Assembly (NCBI RefSeq): GCF_902459465.1
Contig: NC_047080.1
Location: 10,974,001-11,038,000, forward strand
Length of the DNA stretch: 64,000 nucleotides
Origin: Asterias rubens
Taxonomy: Eukaryota
Direction of reading: 5' to 3'
Program-made: the position numbers and the translations under genes
Shown here: piece by piece, positions 10,901 through 21,469 of the stretch
How positions within the stretch are numbered: position 1 is the stretch's first letter
Layout of the letters: each line of letters starts with the position of its first letter
The notes under the pieces: generated by a model
Databases searched by the model: none
Told to the model about the DNA's origin: nothing
The model's input: the letters and a program-made list of their open reading frames with translations, nothing else

Positions 10901-13900
10901 GCCTTTGCCCTTTCAAAAACGAAGCATACCAGGATTGCAGCTCTCGAATGTGAACATTCATTCATATTTCAGTTTTCTCACTATTTTAAAAATGTCCTTT
11001 TTTTGAAAGAGTTTGCTTTTTATTGCAAAAGTCTCTACACCTTTTGCAGATGTAAAAGATGTTTTTAAAGATTAATGTTACAGAGTTTTTACTTAGCAAG
11101 TCTGCTGTTTTGTTCTTTCTTTCACAGTTTTTTTCACAGTTTACACCATTAAAATTTCACAATTTTTGTTCTTAATTATTTGTGCAGGTTGATCTCTACT
11201 CAGGAGCACTGTTCATTGAGCAGGCCTTACATTGGAATCTTTATGTGGCTATTCTATCTCTCCTGGCTATAACTGCATTGTACACAGTGACAGGTTGGTG
11301 AAAGAAATTGCACATTTCTGAACATAAAATTGTTTTAAAAAAGTGAATTAAAGTTAGTCAAAGTGAGTCCACATAATGGGTGCGTTCGTTTAGCTTCCCT
11401 GTGTCATGCCCGGTGTGTGGCGGTTGTTTTTTTCCAGGACGAACGTGGGTAATTATCTGCACACATTCGTCCTGGAAAAAAAAACGTCACACACCGGGGT
11501 CGACCCAGATATAGCATGGCTCAGGATAGGAATCAAATCAGTTCCAAAGAGGTGAAAGGAAGGGAGGAGATCGCCAAACTGACCTAACTGCATCACTTTT
11601 CTGTAGCAGTTTGATGTGAATACCTAGCCACTTGAAGACTCTTCAAAACCAATAATTTATAATTATTCATTCTTATCCTGTAGGTGGACTAGCTGCAGTT
11701 ATTTTCACCGATACCCTTCAAGCTGTTATAATGCTAATAGGAGCAACGGTGCTGTGTATCATGAGTAAGTTATTATTCATACCTTGCTTTATTAAAACCG
11801 CCTCTAGCTACCGGGCAACCTAGGTAGTCTAGTTGGTAAGACACTGCTCTAGAATTGCAAGGGTCGTGGGTTTGAATCCCACCCGAGTAATATGCCTGTG
11901 ATATTTTTTCACAGGACTCGGGAAAGTACTGAGTATACAGTGCTAACACACATCGGTGTATGGGTAAAAACAAAAATTAATATTCTTTATCCCCGATGCA
12001 AAATTTAACATCTATTAAAACAAGTTCAGTTTATCCCTGAAATAGAAAACCAACTGAATTACAGTAACTAGAGTAAATAACTGGTTCTTCTTAGTAACAG
12101 CTATTATACATCAGACCATATAATGCAAAGTAGGATCCCCAGAAGTAAAAAGTGTAAATTAATTAGTGCAAATGTAAAGCAAATAAAACAACATCTTTCT
12201 AATACAAAGTGGTATAATATAAAGTTTCTTCTCAAAACACATCTATTCAAATTATCTTATACTTAATTATTCATTTGGTTCCTCTGAGCGCTTAGAGACT
12301 TTCTTTTGGAGGTGTTAGACGCCATAGAAATGCAGTTGTCAAAAGCCTCTTGCTAAAGGTTACCAGATAATGAGATATTTACTATGGTTTATTAGTGTTT
12401 ACCCTTGCAGCTATCATGACATCATTGAATAGTGATATTTGTTGAGGTTGTTAAAGTGAACAGATTAAAATGTGGACTTTGATCTATCAGAAGTGAAGGC
12501 CAGTCCTAGATATTGTTATCAACAAGGTTTAAATGTTTATTTTCTTTATGCAAGGCCAATGTACACTCGGCAAAATATACACACAAAATCAGCCAGAAAA
12601 TATTAATATTTTAGAAACTTTCTTAGTAGGGTGTGGCCAGCTGGGCCCAATTTCAGGGCTCTGCTTACCGCAGAATTCTGTGCTTACGATCATGTTTCCC
12701 CGCTTACGTGCAAGCGCCAAATTTCTGCGCTAGCCTTGTAAGCGTAGAATGCCTAGTAACGTGGAGTACGCACGCGCAGAAGCCAAAATTCACAGCTAAC
12801 CTGTGAAATACGCTTGCCGTAAGCACATAATTCCCTGCTTCCGTAAGCGCCGATTCCTTGCTTACGGTAAGCAGAGCCATGAAATTGGCCCCTGGGCTGA
12901 TCATGATGCACCAGTTCATCATTGGTTCACTTTTCCTGCACTGGAGAATGACCCACAATAAACCATCATAGGGCAGCCATCTTGTTCACCCGTTCAAATC
13001 AATGTCACCAAACAAGAACGTCAGGTCTCGTTTTTGGCATGTTTTGAAGACACAAATTAGATGTTTGAAAGTGTAAGTAAAAATATTTTCATGAAAAAGT
13101 ACATCAACACACAAATAATGAACTCTACATCAAAATGTATACAATGCAGCTTTAATAATTTTAAAAATGTACCAACTACATACTGAGGCTGCAAAAAGAT
13201 TAAAACATTGTAAAAAAGTAGACACTCTCACCCTTAAGGGGGAACACAACATCAGTAAACAAGTGAGTCTTTAATTTAGCATTGAAAAACCCCATGAATT
13301 ACCCCCCCCCCCCCTTTAAAAATGGAGGTAGTGCATTCCTAGATGCAAGAGCACAACAAAAAGTACAGTGCCCTGACCTTAAGAAAAATAAACAAATGTT
13401 GTCTCCTCCAAACTCCAAACTCCAAACTCTAGGTTTCATCGAGGTAGGAGGTTACTCTGAAATGAAGGAGAAGTTCCTATCTCCATTGGCCTATGCCAAC
13501 ATCTCCAAGCTGGACCCTAGTAACGACTGTGGGAAGGCTCCCAATGATTCCTTCAGTTTGCTGAGGGAGCCTTCAGACGATGAGCTACCTTGGCCGGGAT
13601 TCATATTTGGACAATCTATTGCTTCACTGTGGTACTGGGCCACTGATCAGGTATGGTGACAAACTAGTGGGTTAACTTTAGAGGAGTGGTTATTGTAGAG
13701 TGTAGGTATTGGAAGGCTCCCAACGATTCCCTCAGTCTACTGAGGGAGCCCTCTGACGATGAACTGCCTTGGCCAGGATTCATATTTGGACAATTTATTG
13801 CTTCACTGTGGTACTGGGCAACTGATCAGGTATGATGACAAAACTAGTGGGTTAATTTTACATTCAAGTGAACGGTTTAAGTTATAAGTATCAGTAACAA

Positions 13901-16900
13901 TAGTCTTTCCATCAATGCCTGATTTTATTGGATATACATTTGCTTTAATACTTAAAAATACTTTAAATCTACTATCTTCTTTAGGTAATTGTACAGAGAG
14001 CCCTGGCGGCCAAGAACCTGTCACATGGTCAGGGCGGTACCCTGATGGCTGGTGTCCTGAAGATATCGCCAATGTTCCTCATCGTCATGCCTGGCATGAT
14101 CAGTCGTGTTCTTTATCCAGGTAAGTTCAAACAAACTCCGATAAAAAATTGGCAAACTAAATATTCAGCATATTTTTCACCATATTTTTCATATTGTTTT
14201 GTAGTGAACCTGTGCCCAATTTCTAAGCAGAAAATATTGCTTAACAGTTGTCTACTAAACATAAATAAGCAGGACACCAGTCACAACTTGTACATGTGAC
14301 CTGGTTGTTTGGTTGGTAACCTTATTCTGGTAAGCTTAACTACTTTTGGGGTATAAGCAGTTCTATGACATTTGGCCCAGGTCAGGTCAATTTAACGATA
14401 TATTAGACCAGCCTAATTCTCCTTCCAGCCCTTATTTGGCTACATTGATTTGAATGGAAGAAAAACCAAGATGGCCCTCCATGAAAGAAGTTTTGTTGCT
14501 TTTCTTCCTCTCATCCATTTTGGTATGTAGACGTCGTAGCTTGTGTTGATCCCGACGTTTGCCTGGCTGCATGCAACAATGCAGCAGGATGCTCCAATTT
14601 GGCGTATCCCTTATTGGTCATGAAGATCCTGCCCATAGGTAAGTCTTGAATTTGTTTCTATCTTTAAATAAAGGTATACTTTATGGTAATCACTCTTAAA
14701 ATAAAAGGCAACAAATTCTTACTTGGTTTGAAGTACGCAGACTTTGATAGTATTACGTATTTTGAGAATTATTTCACTTCTTATTTCTTCTCTTTATGCC
14801 CAACTCTGCAAGCAATAATTGTTCAATGTGTCTGCACATTCTTAATTTTGTCAACGTCTTCTTTTTTATGCTGTATTTTATTTATAAATTTGTCATGCTA
14901 AAAATATTCATGCAATCCCGGCCCTATTTCGCTGGGCACCCGCCCCTGGTCAATGTTGGCTCTCCCCGCGCGGTCTCCGCCAATGCACGGTCTCCGCTCC
15001 AGCTAGGGTTAACAACATTGAGTGGGGAACCAGGGGAGGTTGTGTTTAGTTACACATGGCCTAAGCTTTTTGGCCAAGATTGTAGGTTTATTTCTTAACA
15101 AGTCAACTCTGCTTCCTTCAGGTGTGAAGGGACTAATGCTAGCCGTGATGCTCTCAGCTCTAATGAGTTCATTAACCTCCATCTTTAATAGCGGAAGTAC
15201 CATCTTCACAATGGATGTCTGGAGGAATCTCAGAAAGTTCCCCAGCGATGCGGAAATGAAGAGTCTAGATTTGAAGACACGGCGGAAGAAAGAGCTTGAA
15301 CTTATGATTGTTGGAAGGTACTCAAAAGACATTCTTCAGAAGTTTACTCTGTAGAGATAAGTCCAGGTGCACGCCATCTTGAGGGCACCTGTTTACTCTG
15401 TAGAGATAGTTCCAGGTGCACGCCATCTTGAGGGCACCTTGGTTTTGGCTTTGTGTTGTGTCAAGCATTTAAACTTTTCTATGCAGCAAAGTGGTTCACC
15501 AACTAATCTTGGAGTGATTTTGATGAAACTCCCGTGTGCCACATTCGGTATTAAAAAAAAAAAAACTTTTTATTGCACTTTTGGCAAAAAAATCGACAGG
15601 GTCAGTCGGTCGTTTTTTTGTTTTTGTTTTTTCAATGGGGCCTATGTCAGAGGAGAAAAAAGAATTCGGTATTTTTACAAAAACATAGTTCTGCTATCCA
15701 ATAGTGGTTGATTCTCCCGTGAAGATGGCTCACTTGACACATCCAAACATGTTGCTGTTGAGGGGTCAAATTGGCGTAGTTGGATTTATTATCGCCTTCC
15801 TTCTTTTGGACTCGGTTCGAATCACGCCGGGGGAACTTAAGTGAACTGAGAGTCCTTGGCTTGACAACAAATGAAATGAAATTAAGAGTGGAGGATAGTG
15901 CCAGCGGACCCAGAGAGTAAAGGTTTTTAGAGAACAACTGTATGTCAAAATAATTTGCTAAGGTCCCCCCTTGCAAATAAAAATTCTTTTGATTTTGGTG
16001 TCTTTGTACTTCTCAGAGTGTTCGTCTTGGTGCTGGTGTGTGTCAGTGTTCTTTGGGTTCCGGTCGTTCAGCAGTCCCAGGGAGGGCAACTCTTCCAGTA
16101 TATTCAAGAAATCTCGGCCTATCTATCCCCTCCGATTGCGTCTGTCTTTGTGTTGGGGATTGCTTGGGAACGCATAAATGAACAGGTTAGTGCATTTTGG
16201 AGTTCGGAAGGACAGAGAGATTTGATATGGTAGTTACACGCTTAGTCAAGCGTTAAAGGCAGTGGACACTATTGGTAATTGCTCAAAATAATTATTAGCA
16301 TAAAACCTTACTTGGTATCAAGTAATGGGGAGAGGTTGATACTATAAAACATTGTGAGAAACGGCTCCCTGTGAAGTAACGTAGTTTTCGAGAAAGAAGT
16401 AATTTTCCAGGAATTTGATTTTGTGACCTCAGATTTAGAATTTGAGGTCTCGAAATCAAGCATCTGAAAGCACACAACTTCGTGTGACAAGGGTGTTTTT
16501 TTCTTTCATTATTATCTCGCAACTTCGATGACCGATTGAGCTCAAATTTTCACAGGTTTATTATTTCATGCATATGATGAGATACAGCAAGTGAGAAGAC
16601 TGGTCTTTGAAAATGACCAATAGTGCCTACTGTCTTTAACAAATTACTATCATCGACTGTGGAATCTCAATTTTGAAACAAATTTTTACCAATTGAATTT
16701 AACACTAAGCTTGCTACGAGACAGTATTTACAAGGAGAACTTAAGAGTTTGAAAAACAAGAGCTAAGCCAATAACACCAGCTTTTAGGAAGTAAATAATC
16801 TTATTTCTCCTTTTCACTACCAGGGTGCTTTCTCTGGCTTAATGTGCGGACTCGCCGTTGGCATTACGCGTATGATCCTGGATTTCATCTACGAGAAACC

Positions 16901-18456
16901 AGCGTGTGGCATGATGGATGAGCGCCCCCTTGTGGTCCAGAAACTCCAGTTTCACTACATGTACTTCGCCCTGCTCTTATTCGGCATCACATGCATCGTC
17001 GCGATTTGCATCAGCTATGCTACGCGGAAAGTACCGAAAGAATATGTAAGTGGCTGGGTTTCGTTTGTTCTATTTGTTTATTTTGAGATCTCTATTTCAT
17101 CTTGTTAAGAAGTGACACAAGATCGTCCAGCAAACACTATAAACTGCTTCTATCCATCAAAGAGTATTGTTCACATGGATTGTGTAATGACAGAATGCAA
17201 CATTTCATTCCAATTTAAGAGCACATGCATCGTCGCGATTTGCATCAGCTATGCTACGCGGAAAGTACCGAAAGAATATGTAAGTGGCTGGGTTTCGTTT
17301 GTTCTATTTGTTTATTTTGAGATCTCTATTTCATCTTGTTAAGAAGTGACACAAGATCGTCCAGCAAACACCATAAACTGCTTCTCTCCATCAAAGAGTA
17401 TTGTTCACATGGATTGTGTAATGACAGAATGCAACATTTCATTCCAATTTAAGAGCACTTTGTTTGAGAGTTTTCACTCTACACTTTTTGTGTTTTTGAT
17501 GAACTGCTATCTCTCTATCGCCATAGCTTTATCGTCTGACCTACAACACCCGCTTCAACACCAAAGAACGCCTGGACATCAACAACTTGCACAAGCGTAG
17601 AAAAACACCCCTTGACAGGAATGGTACAGACAACCTCAGCATGGAGGTGATAGAGGTTAAGAAAGGCAGTGAGGGCTCTTCCATTGACGATGAGGGGTAT
17701 GATGCGAATCCACAGAATGGGAAGGATGTTGAGAAATACCTAGAGGCAGGGAATGATGATATGACAGCTCCTGTTGATGTTAGAATCAGCAGATCAAGTG
17801 AGTGGGGAAATCTAAGCTTTATTCATGCTTTTGAACAAATTGATTTATTCTGTGTACGTTTCATATCATTAGGTGCTCTCCCTTGTAAGTACAAGTAGCA
17901 AATGCCAAAACACACTAAAGTCAGCGTTTGGATGAACTACTCTCAATCAATAGCTGACTAGGCCTTAAGCTACTAGAAAGGTGGGGCTGAAAACTTGCAT
18001 AAAATGAGGGGAAAAAAACACACCAAAAAACAGTTTATCTGAGGAAAAAATTCTAAAAAAATTGGGGGAAAAAAATAGTGGTAAATTGTTTTTGCTAACA
18101 CAATCAAATTAAAATGTGAACGGCCTATAACCCATACATACACAAATTAATTACCGGAAAGTTAAAACAAAATATTAAAACAATTCCAAACTACCCCCAA
18201 CTTTTACTCCTTCGATTCTGCAGGTTCCGACACCGAAGCATCTACCAGTCACTCCCTCTGCTGGAAGTTCTACAACTGGTTCTGCGGCTTCTCAACCAAC
18301 AGCCCCGAGGAGAAGATGACCGCGGCCAGACGGAGGCTCGTGGAGCGTAAGCTGATGTCCAAGCTCCACCAGACCAAACGAGACAAGGTCATCTTGAATA
18401 CCTTCTTGGTGGTCATACTCTCTGTTGCCGTCTTTCTGTACAGCTTCTGGGCATAA
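7926..18456 (+). CDS. SLC5A3: Sodium:solute symporter, SLC5A3/SMIT1-like (Na+/myo-inositol or sugar cotransporter), 14 exons, ~723 aa
   Basis: Exons 7926-8015, 8856-8927, 9402-9506, 10000-10164, 11188-11293, 11684-11764, 13433-13650, 13985-14120, 14531-14638, 15122-15317, 16017-16185, 16824-17045, 17527-17797, 18224-18456. Motifs [58 protein letters not shown] and [12 protein letters not shown] resemble SMIT1 more than SGLT1 from memory. Exact orthology needs a tree. Confidence 0.93.
10093..10727 (+). repeat. 185-bp tandem array containing the 3' end and splice donor of SLC5 exon 4
   Basis: ccagatg at 10110, 10294, 10479 and 10664; each unit contains ctagcactctacatcttcactaagatctcg|gtaagtga. 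Confidence 0.95.
11818..12017 (+). mobile_element. tRNA-headed SINE-like repeat (family B)
   Basis: Head tagtctagttggtaag ... ggtttgaatccc; body aggactcgggaaagtactgagtatacag ... gggtaaaaacaaaaattaatattctttatccc. Related pieces at ~19460-19530, 19690-19790, 23920-24070, 33560-33650, 48890-49080 and 59480-59640. Confidence 0.65.
13699..13856 (+). repeat. Partial duplicate of SLC5 exon 7 (last 39 codons plus donor)
   Basis: 13713-13829 aligns without gaps to 13534-13650; similarity continues ~27 nt into the intron. Confidence 0.95.
16253..16639. mobile_element. TTAA-flanked non-autonomous DNA transposon (same family as 36073) in SLC5 intron 11
   Basis: TTAA|aggcagtggacactattggtaatt ... ccaatagtgcctactgtct|TTAA; internal sequence aligns by eye with the 36073 copy. 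Confidence 0.75.
16988..17458 (+). repeat. 234-bp tandem duplication containing the 3' end and donor of SLC5 exon 12
   Basis: cacatgcatcgtcgcg at 16988 and 17222; I see only two differences between the units. Confidence 0.95.
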
Positions 18457-18581
18457 AAAGCTTCTGGGCGTAAGAGGCGTAAGAAGCTTCTGGGCTTAAG
18501 GGCCTTAACAAGGTCATCTTGAATACCTTCTTGGTCGTCATACTCTCTGTTGCCGTCTTTCTTTACAGTTTCTGGGCTTAA
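18442..18581 (+). repeat. Repeated copies of the SLC5 terminal codons and stop
   Basis: AGCTTCTGGGCN-TAA at 18442, 18459 and 18485, plus a copy of the last ~24 codons at 18507-18581. Confidence 0.95.
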
Positions 18582-20047
18582 GGTCAAACCCCACAAGCTC
18601 TTACAATTGTATTAAACCCATTGAGTGCGTTGGGTGGACTCCTGTGCCCTTTAGAGTTAATTTGACTTTAATGTGATGTTCTCATTTTGTCATTTCAACC
18701 AACTGCCATAGCCACAAAATTGCACTGTCATTTTAACCACCAGTATTACATTTTAAATATTTAAGCGCACAGTTCGAATACCTTCAGTCTCTCATTGTTT
18801 TTATAATAACAAGAGGTTGATTGACAAAGAAAAGAAGAAAAACAAAGACAAAATGTACATTTTTTATAGTTTTGATTTTTACTTTGCAATCTTTGCTTCG
18901 CAATTTACTTTTAATTTAAAAAAAGAAAACAATTAAATCTTTATAAACTCATTTAGATTTCATTTAAGTTTCTGATTATTACATGTCTGTTTATTTTTGT
19001 TTAACGGGATGGTATACCTTTGGTAATTACTCAATTATTGAGCATTAAAACTTACTTGGTAAAGAGCACTGGAGAGCTGTTGGTATTATAAAACACTCTT
19101 CGAAGAAATGTAGTTTTAAAGAAAGAGGTAAATTTTCACCCACAAAATTTGAATCTGGAAAAGGCTTCAGGCTTTTTTCACACATCTGAAAGCACACAAT
19201 TCTAATCAACAAGGATAGTTAGTTGATGTATCATTATTTTCTTGCATCATTTTCGATGACCAATTGAGCCAAAGTTTTAACAGGTTTGTTATTTTCTGCA
19301 TGTTGTTGGGATACTTAGTGAGAACACTGGGCTTTGACAAGTGTACCAAGAATATACCCTGCCTTCAATCATACTTGTTTACATTTTACATCTTGTTTGG
19401 GAATAAACTCAGATTTGACAATAGACTAATCCTACCTGCCGTCAGTGCTATTCCAAGTCCTGTGAACAAAATCCACGGGAATAGGAATATTACTCAGGTG
19501 AGATTCAAACCCAAGACCTTTGCAATTTTAGAGCCTTGTGACACGAGGCAATTTTTACAGGCAACTTGGAGGCAACCAACTGCAGTGTTATGCTACAGGA
19601 CCACTTCGGTAGTACATGATCCAATTTTCATACAATGTCTTATTATAAACAAGAAAAATACCTAAACATTGAAATGTGAATGGTTTTTCTTCTTGGAGAT
19701 TGCCTGGAACTGGTTGCCTGTAAATTGCCCAGTTTGACATGGCCCTAAGAGCAGTTGTCTTACCACTAGACTGCCGAGCTAGAACGGATGCTAGAGGCAC
19801 TTTGATCCCTATATTTTAGCATTCAAAAATGGTACATGTGATATGGTATTTTGGCTGCTTATCTAATTCTGGTTTGCATAATATTAATGTGCTTAGCTAC
19901 TTTCTTTATTTAAGCAGCTCTTTGAAATCGGGCCCTGGGGTCGATTTCACAAAGATAGTCCTAACTTAGGACTAGTCATGTGTGAGTTATTTTAATAAAA
20001 CTTAAGGCTAGTCCTAAGTAAGGACGAGTAGCTCAAAATAACAAGTC

Positions 20048-20435
20048 TTAAAGGAACACGTTGCCTTGGATCGACGAGTTGGTCTTTGAAAAGCGTTTGT
20101 AACCCTTTTTTATAAAATGCATATGGTTGGAAAGATGTTTTAAAAGTAGAATACAATGTTCCACACAAGTTTGCCTCGAAATTGCGTAGTTTTCCTTTTA
20201 CTGTGCGAACTAATACGGTCCACCATTTATGGGAGTCAAAAATTTAACTCCCATAAATGGCCGACCGTGTTAGTCGACGAGGTAAAAGGAAAACCGTGCA
20301 ATTTGGAGGCAATTTGTGTGGATCATTGTATTCTACTTTTACAACATCTTTCTACCCATATGCATTTTATAACAAACGGTTACGAATGCTTTTCAAAGAC
20401 CAACTCGACCGAACCAATGCAACGTGTTCCTTTAA
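20048..20435. mobile_element. Second TTAA-targeting element (AGGAACACGTTG TIR family) nested inside another MITE
   Basis: Imperfect TIR of ~55 bp: ttaaaggaacacgttgccttggatcgacgagttggtctttgaaaagcg / gcttttcaaagaccaactcgaccgaaccaatgcaacgtgttcctttaa. Confidence 0.8.
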
Positions 20436-21469
20436 CTCTTTTTGAAATCGTGCCATGGTCACACATCACTGTATACTGTACGGTTATAAATACAACTTAT
20501 CAATGGTCTTATTTCAGCATTTAAACTAAACATTACAGCATTGATGCCACTTTGTACATTATATTAATCTCACTTGACTTAATTGCTTGAAACTAACTGG
20601 TCTACCTCTTAAAATCCATTGTCACGAATTAAATTTTTTACACAAGATTTGTATATGAGATTTATTGTTAGTTCTTTCCAGTGATTGAATATGGAAGACT
20701 TAAAGGGCCTCTAGGTGGCAGCAGACTAACCAGGTAAATCGTCTTTTCTTGGGAAACCTGTAAGCTTTGCCGTCAATTGAACAAAACTCTTCCCAACTTA
20801 AGACTAATCTTAGGACTTAAGATGAGTCCGAACCCTGTACTGTAGCATGCAGACCTTAAGATTAATCCTAAGTTAGGTCGAGTTACTCGTCCTAACTCGA
20901 GATAAGACGAGTCCTAACTCTTTGTGAAATCCACGGCAGATTGCATAAACAGTGGAATGTTATCTGCTATGCCTGATGCTATCAAGCCTTTCAAAGTCTC
21001 CCATAATTAAAACTATCGTATAATTATAAAATTGGCACAGACTATGTGGATGTGACATTGAAATGGGGGGAGGGGCCTTCACAAAAAAGTAGAGCTGGTT
21101 CTTGTCAATGATTTAGCTTAGTGCGGTACATACTTGGCTGCACAGGCTGTATACTCCCCAGGGAGCTGAGATGGTTTGAGGAATGAAATATATGGCCAAG
21201 GGGTAATAGTGTTCACAGCGCGATGATCATTCTTTGGGACTGCGCAATATACAGGCAAGATATTTAGTCATTGGAATATTTTATCAAGTACAAGGGTTGA
21301 CCAACATGTACACATGGTGTAGGCTTTAAAAGCCCCTTTTTTCAGGATATCTAATCACCATTTTTTTCACATTTTTTTAAAAGCAAAAAAATTGGAAATC
21401 AGACTACTGTAGGGAGAATATCATGTCTGTATATTATTAAAAACAAAAAGCATCACACCTTGGGTTTCT

